From positions 1 through 64,000 of the IMG/VR virus record IMGVR_UViG_3300049855_000348: a stretch of 64,000 bases of DNA; one strand, given 5' to 3'. A program made the position numbers and the translations under genes. Below the pieces are notes generated by a model. It did no database searches. It had not been told where the DNA came from and was given only the letters and a program-made list of their open reading frames with translations. Each line of letters opens with the position of its first letter. Position 1 is the stretch's first letter. Positions 25,175 to 35,472 of the stretch are shown here, piece by piece.

Positions 25175-25995
25175 GCACCAAGATCTACAACGGCTACCGG
25201 ATCATGTCCTCGAATATCTTCGAGATCATGAGGCTGCTCGATGATGTTGGCAAAGCCTATGACAAGGCTGCCAAGGTCTACATGGCCACCCTGTCCGCCC
25301 ACGTGATGATCAATGCCTGGGATACGCTGACGTTGGCCGCACCACAGAGGATCGCACAGGATGAGGAGATGGAAGATCTCCTGGAGTATTCGGTCTCAAT
25401 CCACACCTACCAGTTTATCGCCAGTCGGCAGAAGAAGATCAAGGCGACGAACCGTCGTGACCCGGTCTATGACTTTCAACTCGACATCATCATCTTCCCA
25501 GAAGGCGGCTGGAGCGATACGCTGGCCATGGTCTACACTGAGAACGCCACGTTCAAAAAGGCGTTCGAGGAGCATCCGCTGGTGGAGGAGTTCGGCTATT
25601 GGGACAACTCTGATCGCCCCGAAGAAGTACCAGAGCACGCCTGGAACAGTCGTGGTGAGCGGTGGATGGCTCTGGTTGGTGATGATGTTCCGAGCCGCCG
25701 TGGCCTGACCAGACAGTACGAACGGCAGTACGGACCTGAAGTTCTCTACTCCGACATATTGCCGCTTTTCCCACTCATCGAGCATCGTGCTGAGCGGTGG
25801 GCAGAGGAGAGTTTGGTCAGTGAGTATGGCGAGAAAGTTGAGGCACCAGCCAAAGATGGGGTCTACTCATGGCTGACAAGAGCCAGGGCATGGGCCAAGG
25901 AAGGTACCCGGTTGAAAGACCGCATCGCCAAGATCCTGCCCTTGATGAGCAACCCAACCAAAGAACAGATCAGCAAGTTCCCCGAGAAGAAGTGA
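25171..25995 (+). CDS. Hypothetical protein
   Basis: 274 aa, coupled overlap. Confidence 0.75.
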   Translation: MSTKIYNGYRIMSSNIFEIMRLLDDVGKAYDKAAKVYMATLSAHVMINAWDTLTLAAPQRIAQDEEMEDLLEYSVSIHTYQFIASRQKKIKATNRRDPVYDFQLDIIIFPEGGWSDTLAMVYTENATFKKAFEEHPLVEEFGYWDNSDRPEEVPEHAWNSRGERWMALVGDDVPSRRGLTRQYERQYGPEVLYSDILPLFPLIEHRAERWAEESLVSEYGEKVEAPAKDGVYSWLTRARAWAKEGTRLKDRIAKILPLMSNPTKEQISKFPEKK

Positions 25996-26231
25996 TGCCG
26001 AAGCACCACACCTATCTGACCAGTCCACGGCTGGCTTTGCAGGAGATCCGGAAGCTCCGTCATGGTCCGAGTTCAATCGTCGATCCAAGAGGCTCGGATC
26101 CCATTGCCACACTGACACCAGCGCAGCGAGAGCAGATCAAGCGTGACTTCCATCTCTGGTGGGATTCGTGGGTCGCTCCTTGCCTGACCACGCTCGAACG
26201 TCGCCACAGCAAGACCAGGGTGAAGAAGTGA
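25995..26231 (+). CDS. Hypothetical protein
   Basis: TGATG overlap. Confidence 0.6.
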   Translation: MPKHHTYLTSPRLALQEIRKLRHGPSSIVDPRGSDPIATLTPAQREQIKRDFHLWWDSWVAPCLTTLERRHSKTRVKK

Positions 26232-26527
26232 ACAGACACGGCATCAAAACGACAACGAAGGAGGTTTTCTTTTTCTCCTTCAAGGGTGACTCTACCGTCA
26301 GTTCACTCGATCAGATCACCCTTCCCCCAGCAATGGGACTCAGTGATCAGATGTTTCACCGTTTTGGCGAATGGCTCAAGCGTGAGGGTCATGCCTGGGA
26401 ATACCTTTCAGAGGAACGACTCTGTCAGCTATCGATTGAGTTCTTCAACCTTGCTCTCATGCAGCATGAGAAGCCACGTCGCTTCGATCGGATGGCTACC
26501 AAGGAAGAGATCAAAGTAGGGTGTTGA
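26228..26527 (+). CDS. Hypothetical protein
   Basis: GTGA overlap. Confidence 0.55.
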   Translation: MNRHGIKTTTKEVFFFSFKGDSTVSSLDQITLPPAMGLSDQMFHRFGEWLKREGHAWEYLSEERLCQLSIEFFNLALMQHEKPRRFDRMATKEEIKVGC

Positions 26528-26551
26528 CTTAGACTGAATGGTCGCTATACT
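26524..26551 (+). promoter_or_regulatory. Class I promoter
   Basis: TTGACT-N16-TATACT, ATG 6 nt downstream. Confidence 0.88.
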
Positions 26552-26557
26552 CTGGGC

Positions 26558-27085
26558 ATGAGCAAGAACAAAGACGCCACCACTGATCCCGCCAACGCCG
26601 TCGAATCCGCCCGTGGCATCCTGGAAGAGTTGAGGGAAGAGTTGCAGGCGTGGTATGACAACCTCCCCGAGAACTTTCAGAACGGCAGCAAGGGTGAAAC
26701 CCTCCAGTCCGCCATTGATCAGTTGGAGTCGGCTGACGGGTACCTGGAAGAGCCGCCCACCTGCGCTGAACTGCTCACGGTCAACTACAGCTTCTCGACC
26801 AAGCGGAAGCAGTCCCGCGCCGACCGCTGTGCTGATGCGTGCAGTCTCCTGGCCGGCTGTGTCGATGCCGCCCGCGAGAAAGCCACCGAGCTTCAGGAAG
26901 CCCAGGCGCTCTCCTCCGAAGCCAACCAGGACCAGACCGGCCTGGATGAAGCCACCAAAGAGAAGATCGCCAAGGAAGCCAAGCAGGTTGAATCTGACAT
27001 CAGTGAACTGGAATCGTTCGCTGATGCCTGTGAGAGCGCCAAGGATGAAGCCGAAGCCACTGAGTTTCCAGGGATGTTCGGATGA
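26558..27085 (+). CDS. Acidic helical early protein
   Basis: 175 aa, leaderless. Confidence 0.75.
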   Translation: MSKNKDATTDPANAVESARGILEELREELQAWYDNLPENFQNGSKGETLQSAIDQLESADGYLEEPPTCAELLTVNYSFSTKRKQSRADRCADACSLLAGCVDAAREKATELQEAQALSSEANQDQTGLDEATKEKIAKEAKQVESDISELESFADACESAKDEAEATEFPGMFG

Positions 27086-27405
27086 ATGACCTGAACGATC
27101 CAAAACTCACCGGCCCCTGGTTCGCTGCCCGCCTTCAGGTCTACGTGACCGGCAAGTACAATGCCTTCAAGCACTGCGCCTCATCTGGCCTGCGCTGGGC
27201 TTGGGTGATCACCAATGGTGAGGTGGTTGAAGGCTCAGGCGACCCGATTGGCAGCGGGTGCTACTATCGCCGTTACGACACCAAGAAGGACGCAGCCGAA
27301 ATGGCTGCCAAGTACGACCCCAATCGTGGTGTCTACACTCCCAGGATCCTCAACGCTACCTGCCGGCAGCAGGTGGCCAAGTACGCCCCGAAAGGCACCC
27401 CATGA
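27082..27405 (+). CDS. Hypothetical protein
   Basis: ATGA overlap. Confidence 0.65.
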   Translation: MNDLNDPKLTGPWFAARLQVYVTGKYNAFKHCASSGLRWAWVITNGEVVEGSGDPIGSGCYYRRYDTKKDAAEMAAKYDPNRGVYTPRILNATCRQQVAKYAPKGTP

Positions 27406-27623
27406 GCACTCAGACCCAGGTTCGTGTCACCGTCCGCTTCTATGGCCGGCTCTCGGGAGCCTTGGGCATTGGTAGCGAGCATGTCGAGCGTCGCACCATC
27501 ACGGTGCCCAGCCCGTTCACCGAGGAGGAGGCGAAGGAAGCCGCCCGGGTGAATCTCTACGATCGCCAAGGCGACAGCTTGGCCTACGAACACGTCACCG
27601 TCAAATCCATCGCTTTCAACTGA
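27402..27623 (+). CDS. Hypothetical protein
   Basis: ATGA overlap. Confidence 0.6.
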   Translation: MSTQTQVRVTVRFYGRLSGALGIGSEHVERRTITVPSPFTEEEAKEAARVNLYDRQGDSLAYEHVTVKSIAFN

Positions 27624-27630
27624 GCACCCC

Positions 27631-28065
27631 ATGACCATCTCCAAAATGAACTGCATGCACTGCGGCAAACTCTTCACCGAGCAGGAGCCATCCTACCTCG
27701 GCCTGCTGCTGCACAGGATCTGCTACCAAGTGGTCGGTGGTCAGATAGACGAGCAGTTGCCGACCCTGTCATCCCACAGCAGCCACGGAGACCGGCAAAC
27801 CGACCTCCTGGCCCAGAAGGTCGCCTACCCTCCGACTGCCGACCTTCCTGGTCAGCGTGGTACTCACGGCTGCCAGTATCCGGCCCCGCCACTCGATACC
27901 GGCGAGATGTCCCTCAACGAGGTGCTGGTCCGCCTGGGCATCTCGAAGACCAAGATTCCCCTGTCGTTCGACAAGTACGACTTCGAGAAACGGGGTCATC
28001 GGATCTTCACTGGTGACTGCCAAGAGATCTGGGTGTGGCTGCGCGAGCAAAAACTCATCCTCTGA
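27631..28065 (+). CDS. Hypothetical protein with Cys/His motifs
   Basis: CMHCG...HRIC. Confidence 0.6.
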   Translation: MTISKMNCMHCGKLFTEQEPSYLGLLLHRICYQVVGGQIDEQLPTLSSHSSHGDRQTDLLAQKVAYPPTADLPGQRGTHGCQYPAPPLDTGEMSLNEVLVRLGISKTKIPLSFDKYDFEKRGHRIFTGDCQEIWVWLREQKLIL

Positions 28066-28202
28066 CAAGATCAGGAACCCGGTAGTTGAAACCCGTGTTC
28101 CACGTGGAACACTGGGGGCTCTCACAGCCTCGTACAGGCAAGATCTCCCACAAAGTGACCATGGCCAGCCAATGACCATCGTCTTCGCTCTGAGGGGTTT
28201 CT

Positions 28203-28484
28203 ATGACTCGCAAGCGCCTCCCTGGAACCTCGATCATGAGCCACGCCCTCGACATCACTCCGATCCTTGGGATACCAGTTCTTTTTGACCCATCAAAGCT
28301 GGTGATCCCGGTCAATGAGGCTCGGGTGATCACCAACCGGACCTACCACGAGCGGGATACCCGGTGGTCGGTCATCTGGCAGCGGGCCGATGGACGGGTG
28401 ACGGCGACTGGGTTCCTGACCGAGAAGGCTGCGCTGACCTGGGCATGCGCTCGGGCAGCGGTGACCCAGGTGCTGCCGGAATGA
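28203..28484 (+). CDS. Hypothetical protein
   Basis: ORF in the early operon. Confidence 0.5.
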   Translation: MTRKRLPGTSIMSHALDITPILGIPVLFDPSKLVIPVNEARVITNRTYHERDTRWSVIWQRADGRVTATGFLTEKAALTWACARAAVTQVLPE

Positions 28485-28858
28485 ATGAGGTCCAGGTCTA
28501 CGATGGTGATGGTACCATTCCGCTGGTCGACTTCACGACGATTGAACCCATGCGTGGCGGTCAGCAGGTGAAGGTTCTCTTCTTCAACGATGACGACTCC
28601 ATCAAGCGTGCGTACGGGTTGGCAACGGTGAGGAAGCTCGAACACACTCTCTCGCTTGTCATCGGGAGCCGTTTACTGCCGGCCAACGAAGAACTCGGTA
28701 AGAGACTGACGAGTCTTCACGGCTCTTTCGAGAGGTTCAACCTGGAGATCCTTGGCGTCAGGTACGTCGATTGCCTTGTCGCCAACCTCATCTTCAACCC
28801 CAAGACCGAATACAGTTACATCCAGGTCAGATTCGCCAGAACCATTCAGAGGGATTAG
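28481..28858 (+). CDS. Hypothetical protein
   Basis: ATGA overlap. Confidence 0.6.
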   Translation: MNEVQVYDGDGTIPLVDFTTIEPMRGGQQVKVLFFNDDDSIKRAYGLATVRKLEHTLSLVIGSRLLPANEELGKRLTSLHGSFERFNLEILGVRYVDCLVANLIFNPKTEYSYIQVRFARTIQRD

Positions 28859-28861
28859 GTG

Positions 28862-28889
28862 TTGACTTAGACCAAAAGGTCGCTAATAT
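28862..28889 (+). promoter_or_regulatory. Class I promoter
   Basis: TTGACT-N16-TAATAT, ATG 6 nt downstream. Confidence 0.88.
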
Positions 28890-28895
28890 ACCGGC

Positions 28896-29165
28896 ATGAG
28901 CACTACCACTGAAGCCCCTGCCACCCTCATCCCTGCTTACAAGGTCCGCGTCCGTGATGACAAGGGCACCAACGTGGGCTGCCTGGGTCACAACGGCGAT
29001 GTCTGGCGACTGAGGGTCTACCACGGGCACTACACCAAGGAACAGGCCGATCGGTACGCTGCCGAGTTGACCAAGCAGAACCCTGGCTACGTCGCCACCG
29101 CCGAACGCTACGAGAAGGGCGACGGTTTCCTCAACGCCTTGCTCGCCAGCAACAAGAAGACCTGA
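28896..29165 (+). CDS. Hypothetical early protein
   Basis: Leaderless. Confidence 0.7.
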   Translation: MSTTTEAPATLIPAYKVRVRDDKGTNVGCLGHNGDVWRLRVYHGHYTKEQADRYAAELTKQNPGYVATAERYEKGDGFLNALLASNKKT

Positions 29166-29339
29166 CATGGCCCACCAGTGGGTACATCGTCCCCATACCC
29201 TTGAGCACTTCCAGAAGCCGGAACAGCGGACGTGCTCCGTCTGTGGTGCTCAGCAGGAACTGGTTGTTGAACAGGCTTGGATGCGGGTTGTCTCTCGTCG
29301 CTGGCTGCCGCTGGCTGGCCGGTGCAAGATCAAGAAGTC

Positions 29340-29367
29340 TTGACTTAGATCAAAGAGTCGCTATACT
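29340..29367 (+). promoter_or_regulatory. Class I promoter
   Basis: TTGACT-N16-TATACT. Confidence 0.85.
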
Positions 29368-29394
29368 TCCCATGTCACCCAAGGAAGCCTGTCT

Positions 29395-29718
29395 ATGACC
29401 ATGTCTCTCGCCGAAGTCTGCACCTTGGTTCAAGATCTGCACGGTAAGAAGACTGGTAGCCGCGACATCTTTCGTCTGGTGATCAAGGCGCTCGTTGCGA
29501 GTGGGAAAGATACAATCGAGGCCGGTGACACCTTACTCGGTGTCGTGCCGGGTAGCCCACGTGAAAAAACCGCATGGCTCAAAGCCGATGCAGAGGTACT
29601 GGGCGGACGCTGGGTCAAGGGCCGTCAGGTCGTGACCGGACGTGGTCCTTTCGGTCGTTACGGTGGCGGGAGTGCTCGCAGTGGATACTACAGCGGTTAC
29701 TTCACCACCAGAATATAA
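29395..29718 (+). CDS. Hypothetical early protein
   Basis: SD AAGGAAG. Confidence 0.65.
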   Translation: MTMSLAEVCTLVQDLHGKKTGSRDIFRLVIKALVASGKDTIEAGDTLLGVVPGSPREKTAWLKADAEVLGGRWVKGRQVVTGRGPFGRYGGGSARSGYYSGYFTTRI

Positions 29719-29753
29719 TGCTTACTTCAAACCCATCACAAAGGAATCCCTTC

Positions 29754-30350
29754 ATGCGCTTCTTCCTCCTGCTCCTCCTGTCCTTCTCCACTCTGTTCGC
29801 CGGTGATCCTCCGGCTGCCGAGGCCAAGCTGCCTGCCGATGTGCAGAAGGTAGTCGATGAACGTGATGCTGCGGTGGCCAAGGCCAAGGCGGTCTTCGAT
29901 GCGGCTCAGGCCAAGGCGACGACCGAGGCTATCGCCAAGCTGGAGAAGGTGGTTGTCGCCATCACAAAAAAGGGCGATCTCGCCAACGCTACGGCTATCC
30001 AGAAGTTGGTCGACGAGTACAAGGCCGGGCTTCCGGATCTATTGGGTAAGAAACCAGAAACAAAAATCGATCTTGAGGAGGCGATTGTTGGTGTGAAGTG
30101 GAAATTTTACTGGCAAGGTCTTGGTGGTGAAAACAAGATCATGAGATTTGCCCGTAAGGGTGTCATTAGTGAAGGGTCCAACTTCGGTGAAAACAGTTAT
30201 CGCATCAAGGACGGTGTTCTACAACTTCTCAATCAGAATGGTGGAATACACAGCACTCTCACTCTGAGGGCTGATGGGAATCTTGAAAGTGGAGACACTT
30301 CTGAATCAACCTGGAAGGGGAAGTGCTTCTTGATCAAGGCCGAGAAATAA
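29754..30350 (+). CDS. Secreted or periplasmic protein with a signal peptide
   Basis: MRFFLLLLLSFSTLFA signal, Ala/Lys-rich helices, SD AAGGA. Confidence 0.7.
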   Translation: MRFFLLLLLSFSTLFAGDPPAAEAKLPADVQKVVDERDAAVAKAKAVFDAAQAKATTEAIAKLEKVVVAITKKGDLANATAIQKLVDEYKAGLPDLLGKKPETKIDLEEAIVGVKWKFYWQGLGGENKIMRFARKGVISEGSNFGENSYRIKDGVLQLLNQNGGIHSTLTLRADGNLESGDTSESTWKGKCFLIKAEK

Positions 30351-31146
30351 TCCTGATCAGTTCGTTGTTTTTCACGTCCTGACAGAATGATGGGCGATCA
30401 ATAAGAAGGCTGTCGTTTTCAAATACGTCGATCGACAGCCTTTCAACTTCTGCCCATCTATAGAGAAAATGAAAGTGGTAGGAGTAGATCTCGAAGTCTG
30501 ACTCAACCTGAAGAAGTCGACCATCGATGTAGCGAACGGCTGGATGAATGCCTTTGTGATTCTGAAGAGAGTCGCGGCCAACGTGCTTGGCTCCAACTCG
30601 CTTCATCGCTATGGAAAACCACCGCTCATCAAGACAATGATGTTTTTCAGTATCGCAGATCTTTTGCCGAAAGTCCAGATCTTCTGAAAATTCTTTGAAC
30701 CACTTTTCTTGAGTAGAAGAAAAGTAGTCATTTTTGAACCATGTCCAATATCCTCCGATGCGATCATAATGACTGATTATTTCAACATCGTCAGAGATCA
30801 GATTTTTTACTAGATCGTAGTTTCCGTACATGGCATCCATGTCGGTCCACATAAAACAATCGTAATCTTTGATGATGTCGTTGAAGATCCAATAGAAGAG
30901 CGGTCGAAGATCACAAATTTTATAGGCATGCGGAAGACCCTTGAACTCTGGAATTATCTTTCTTACACGCTCGTTGATGTCCTCCATCGACATCTTTACG
31001 AATTCCATGTTAGGATACATCTTGGGAGGAGGTGTATCAGCAATAACGATGTACTTGTCGATTCCCTGCTTCGCACCTGAACGTCCAGTCAGGTGCCAGA
31101 TCTTAGGGTAAGGTCCCTGCCAAACGTTGAGCATGCAAGAACGCAT
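30334..31146 (-). CDS. Glycosyltransferase-like protein (GT-A, DUF6625-like)
   Basis: YKICDLRP...I...YDCFMWTDMDAMYGN, DE..F motif. Confidence 0.75.
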   Translation of the reverse strand: MRSCMLNVWQGPYPKIWHLTGRSGAKQGIDKYIVIADTPPPKMYPNMEFVKMSMEDINERVRKIIPEFKGLPHAYKICDLRPLFYWIFNDIIKDYDCFMWTDMDAMYGNYDLVKNLISDDVEIISHYDRIGGYWTWFKNDYFSSTQEKWFKEFSEDLDFRQKICDTEKHHCLDERWFSIAMKRVGAKHVGRDSLQNHKGIHPAVRYIDGRLLQVESDFEIYSYHFHFLYRWAEVERLSIDVFENDSLLIDRPSFCQDVKNNELIRIISRP

Positions 31147-31147
31147 C

Positions 31148-34009
31148 TTACCACCATGCCTTGAAGAAGCCGATACCGTCGGCGAAATATCTGAATGTAA
31201 CTGACATACCTTTTTTACGCAGGTAGGTAGAAAGACCTTCTATGGTATAATCAGAGATTGAATGACCACTCATCATACTTGCTGAGTATCGATTGTCTCC
31301 TTCCCTGAAGTTATGAAACTCACCGACAATCTTTTTTATTTTAGAAAGTTTTTTGGTGGTGTAGAGGATAGGGAACTCAGATCCTTCACAGTCAATCTTC
31401 AAAAGATCAACTTCATCTAAGATATCGTCTAGACCAATTACAGGGACACTTATTGTTCCACGCTCATAAATCACGTGTGCTCCTCCAAAGTTGTTTCCAA
31501 CGTTGGTGAGACTTGCTATTGATTTACGATATTCGTCTGATCTTCCTATAGCGGCTGTGATGACTTTGATAGATGGATATTTTTTTACATTTTGTGCAAG
31601 TATGAGGAGGTTGTCTAACATCGGCTCACAACATATCACTTCTTTTGCACCAAGTGAGGCGCACATGGCTGAGAATGCACCAATGTTGCCGCCGATGTCC
31701 AACACTGTTTTTCCGCTCACGTCAGATGGTTGTATCTCATACTCGTTTTCAATGACAACAGAGTGAATGACGCCCTGGTCAGTTGTATTTTCACGATAAA
31801 CGAGTTCGTTGGCGATGTTTTTTGCTTTGGCTTTACTGATAGGAAGTTTTGGAATAACTCTTTTGTGTGAATAGTATTCATCAAGCTGTGTTTGAGCAGT
31901 GATAAACTCAACAACATCGCCATGATAAAAACCAAGACCACCACTCTTCTTTATTTTGAAAAGATACAATGGTGTTCCACAACACATAGCCACATGCGCA
32001 ATACCTGAATCAACGGCAAACACAGCACGAGCCGACGAGATTTCGTCAAACAAGGCTTTCATGTCGGTGCCATGGTCTTTGAATGTTGCTAATGGGAAGG
32101 ATGCCTTCATCCATTCATCATGTGGTTGAAGGAAGACTATGTTATAGCCTTGCTCCGTGAATCGAGCGACCAATTGAACGATGTCGTCTTTAGAGATGTC
32201 GTAGTTGTTCGAGTAAGATCCCGACGAATGACCTACAAGGTGAAAAATGACATTGTTCCTTCCGGAATCACCACAAGAATATCCAAGATAGTCATGTGGA
32301 AAATCCAACGCATCAGCCGAACGGTCTTTATTACCGAATTTCATGACCTTGATGAAATTTGAAATAAAGTTAGAGCACTCGAAACTACTCCAGTGCTCGT
32401 GAACACAGTTGTCACTAGGAACTGGGATCCACCCTGTGAAATCCTCAGGTCCACCGTCAACTGGTCGAATCTTTGTTACAGGAATCTGCTCGATCCATTG
32501 ATCAATGTCTTGGTGTTCTATCCTGGCGATGTCTACAAACTCTCGCATCTTTTGATCAATGAGTTTGCTGTTACCGTAAAAGTAAAGTTTCTGCTTTGTA
32601 TGTTTAGCATACCAATAATACAAAGAGACATGCAATATAGCATCACCAAGACCTGACTTCCAGTTGATGTAAAGGAAGGGTTTTTCTTTCACCGCATTCT
32701 CCTTCCTATCAAACCACCGCTCAACCTTGTGTTCATCGTAGTTGAGCGTCCAGTCCCAGAAGGCTTCCTTGCTGCGGTAGACCCACATAGGAACACGCCA
32801 CCCTGCCGCGATGAAGCAGGGTCCGCTCTGGGGGGTGATCAACAGATCGAGCTTGCTGACCATGTCGACTATCCAGGAGATGTCGCCGTTGACCTGTCGC
32901 AGGTCTTCAACGCCCTCAGGAACGATTCTGTTGTCTCGGTTGCCTATCAGGAAGATCCGATGCTTTGGATAGCTTTGACGGGCTTCCTTGAGCATCTGGT
33001 CTAGGACTACAGGGTCGATATCTCCCTGGGTGTTGCTGTGGGTGATCAAACCGATGAGTCCGCCGTTTGGCCTTGGCTTTGGTCTGTTGAAGTGGATGTC
33101 AAAAGACTTTCCTGGAGTCATGGTCGGATCCATGAAACGGTAAAATCTCTTCACACCGTTCATCTGAGGCCATTCGTCTAAAGAAGGGTTACCACCGCAA
33201 TCGATCATGTCGGGAGTGCGTTCAGACCAGATCACCCCATCAAAAAACTCACAGGCAGCTTTGCGTTCTGGTTGAAACCAGACCAACACCGAGTGACCGG
33301 TTTTTATATGATAGAGATGAGCGGCAGCACAGAAACCTAACACATCACCGAGCATCTGGTGACCCATCCAGAATGATTTTTCGGCTTTCTTGACGTTGTG
33401 TGAATCGATAAGGAAATCGTCGTAGACGACCTTTTTCTTGAATCGAACGACTACCTTTTTTTCAATATCAGAGAAGTCATCAAGCTGGAAGGCATATCCC
33501 TCTACGGTGATTTTGACATTTAGATTACTTGCACGATAGAGATAATCGACACCTTCCTGCTTCAAAATCTCAACATTATATTTGAGAAAATCATAGGTCT
33601 TTTTTGGATCATTTACGGCATAAAATTGTGTGCCCCATGGAGCACCACTTTTGATGGTGAATAAGCCTTTTGTATCGAGAGGTAGTGTTGTTTCACTGTG
33701 AAAAAACAAAAGGTCGTAATCGTCACCTTCGTTCATGATACCATCAATATCAGACATGAGTCCACGACGAAAGAGAGCATCATCTTCACAGATGAAGATC
33801 TTCTTATGTCCAGCTTTTATCGCCATTTCTAGGACTTTGATATGACCGAGAGTACAAGCCAGTCGACGATTCTCGTTCACGACTCCGTCTACCACAACGT
33901 AGGTCGTGTTCATCTCTTCCATTTGCTTAGCAAAAATGGCACGTCGATCACTACGGCTGGGGAGACTCAGGACGTAGACCTGATCAACGTAATCATTCAA
34001 CGATGTCAT
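31148..34009 (-). CDS. Multidomain enzyme: GT25-like, two GT9-like domains and a FkbM-like methyltransferase
   Basis: YVLSL..RSDRR..CTLGH..I.EDDA; DLLITPQSGPCFIAA; AVFAVDSG.AHVA...GTP; VLDIGGNIG..LKIDCEGSE. Confidence 0.8.
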   Translation of the reverse strand: MTSLNDYVDQVYVLSLPSRSDRRAIFAKQMEEMNTTYVVVDGVVNENRRLACTLGHIKVLEMAIKAGHKKIFICEDDALFRRGLMSDIDGIMNEGDDYDLLFFHSETTLPLDTKGLFTIKSGAPWGTQFYAVNDPKKTYDFLKYNVEILKQEGVDYLYRASNLNVKITVEGYAFQLDDFSDIEKKVVVRFKKKVVYDDFLIDSHNVKKAEKSFWMGHQMLGDVLGFCAAAHLYHIKTGHSVLVWFQPERKAACEFFDGVIWSERTPDMIDCGGNPSLDEWPQMNGVKRFYRFMDPTMTPGKSFDIHFNRPKPRPNGGLIGLITHSNTQGDIDPVVLDQMLKEARQSYPKHRIFLIGNRDNRIVPEGVEDLRQVNGDISWIVDMVSKLDLLITPQSGPCFIAAGWRVPMWVYRSKEAFWDWTLNYDEHKVERWFDRKENAVKEKPFLYINWKSGLGDAILHVSLYYWYAKHTKQKLYFYGNSKLIDQKMREFVDIARIEHQDIDQWIEQIPVTKIRPVDGGPEDFTGWIPVPSDNCVHEHWSSFECSNFISNFIKVMKFGNKDRSADALDFPHDYLGYSCGDSGRNNVIFHLVGHSSGSYSNNYDISKDDIVQLVARFTEQGYNIVFLQPHDEWMKASFPLATFKDHGTDMKALFDEISSARAVFAVDSGIAHVAMCCGTPLYLFKIKKSGGLGFYHGDVVEFITAQTQLDEYYSHKRVIPKLPISKAKAKNIANELVYRENTTDQGVIHSVVIENEYEIQPSDVSGKTVLDIGGNIGAFSAMCASLGAKEVICCEPMLDNLLILAQNVKKYPSIKVITAAIGRSDEYRKSIASLTNVGNNFGGAHVIYERGTISVPVIGLDDILDEVDLLKIDCEGSEFPILYTTKKLSKIKKIVGEFHNFREGDNRYSASMMSGHSISDYTIEGLSTYLRKKGMSVTFRYFADGIGFFKAWW

Positions 34010-34026
34010 GAGATGGACGCCCTGTC

Positions 34027-34215
34027 TTATTGACGTTGCAGATTCAGTATTTCTAGCTCAAGGTCAATAAGCAAACGCGGAACGTCGCCTCCGTTTGGCT
34101 TACCCTCACGCTTCAGACGTTCATTGATCCAAACGTCGAGGTGTTCCTTCGGGGTATGCTTACGAAGGTGATCAACGACTCGTTGCAGTAGATCGATTTC
34201 ACGATTTTTTGACAA
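34027..34215 (-). CDS. Hypothetical protein
   Basis: 62 aa within the operon. Confidence 0.45.
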   Translation of the reverse strand: MSKNREIDLLQRVVDHLRKHTPKEHLDVWINERLKREGKPNGGDVPRLLIDLELEILNLQRQ

Positions 34216-35050
34216 TGTTGAATCCTTTGATCAAGAGTTCTTTGGCACGCATCAAGTGGACAATAGCCGGACTGTTTTTGTTTTTCTCTCCGCTCATGTA
34301 GTCTTCAAATGTCCAAACCTCTCCCATAGGGAGCTTGTTTACATACTGACCAGTCCAATCAGAAGCCCAGTAGTTGTTGGTGTTTTTGTAGACGTTCAAC
34401 TTCCAGTCATTCACGAAATGACCGATATAGGCTAGAGCAACTTCCTCGGTGATATCAAGTAGGTGTAGCTCGTTACGACCAAACTCATAGAACTCAATGG
34501 CTTTATTGTAAAATTCGTCAATCGACTCACGACGCACAATCCAAAAGCCGGCGTTTGTGTTGTAGACAGGTTGGTCTTGAGGAACACCACGATAGTGTAG
34601 AAGAACCTTGTACCATTTTATCGGTACTCCCCACCAGTCATCACGCTTTACGAACTGACCTTCGCACTTGGATTCAAGCTGGACGAACCATTTGTTGTCG
34701 CGCAGTAGTTTGTCGAATGGACGTGGCTTGCGGACGAAGAAATTGTCAGCATCGAGCCAGACAAAGTAGGCGTAGTCGAGCTTGGAGACCTCTTCCTTCA
34801 GGTACTCGAACTTGAACAGGTAGTGATCGTTGCTCAATTCCTCAATATGGTGGAAGAAGACACCTGGATCGCCAAGGGTATCCCATGGCTCATCAGTCCA
34901 CACATGGAAGTCTTCAGTAACACCAACTCGCCGTGCTGAGATAATGCAGGTCCTGAACATTTTAGCGTGGTCACCGGTGGCAACCGACCAGTAACAGAAC
35001 TCACGATTCGTATTCGGTTGTACGTGGATCAATTCATTTACTTTGTTCAC
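34199..35050 (-). CDS. Nucleotide-diphospho-sugar transferase (GT-A)
   Basis: YFVWLDADNFF (DxD), NAGFWIV, EE.AL, IVHL. Confidence 0.78.
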   Translation of the reverse strand: MNKVNELIHVQPNTNREFCYWSVATGDHAKMFRTCIISARRVGVTEDFHVWTDEPWDTLGDPGVFFHHIEELSNDHYLFKFEYLKEEVSKLDYAYFVWLDADNFFVRKPRPFDKLLRDNKWFVQLESKCEGQFVKRDDWWGVPIKWYKVLLHYRGVPQDQPVYNTNAGFWIVRRESIDEFYNKAIEFYEFGRNELHLLDITEEVALAYIGHFVNDWKLNVYKNTNNYWASDWTGQYVNKLPMGEVWTFEDYMSGEKNKNSPAIVHLMRAKELLIKGFNIVKKS

Positions 35051-35238
35051 GGGTTGTCCTTCGAGTAGGCTGCGTCGTCGATGATGCGATGAAGGCGCTT
35101 GACCTCCATCATCAGAATAACGATGTCCCAGTCGCTTGGTACGACCTGAACGATGTGGGGTAGCTCACACATGGTTTTGTGAGCGTGGTCCATGGCCTCT
35201 TTGAGTGTTCGATCTTTGATGGTCGCGTTCTTGGCCAT
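35047..35238 (-). CDS. Hypothetical protein
   Basis: TAGATT variant upstream; overlap coupling. Confidence 0.5.
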   Translation of the reverse strand: MAKNATIKDRTLKEAMDHAHKTMCELPHIVQVVPSDWDIVILMMEVKRLHRIIDDAAYSKDNP

Positions 35239-35265
35239 GACGAATCTACCCAGGGGAAAGGTGAA

Positions 35266-35472
35266 TCAGGACGGGTCAGCCGGTGTGTAGCGGATGACCC
35301 CGCGACCCTTGGCAATCAGGGCAGCACTTTCGGCATCCCAGCCATCGGCGGTGTAGGTCACGAGGTGCTTCTCGTGGGAGTTGAACGCCAGGGACACCCA
35401 GTATTTGCCGGGCTCCTCAGGCTTCTTTCCCTTGATCCAGGGGCAGCGGTAGCCGTTGGGGGTGATGGTCAT
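35266..35472 (-). CDS. Hypothetical protein
   Basis: ATGA overlap chain. Confidence 0.55.
   Translation of the reverse strand: MTITPNGYRCPWIKGKKPEEPGKYWVSLAFNSHEKHLVTYTADGWDAESAALIAKGRGVIRYTPADPS

Noticed and set aside
29754-30350. Host assignment to the PVC superphylum from this secreted protein's style
   Set aside because: Based only on impression; needs a homology search or CRISPR-spacer match
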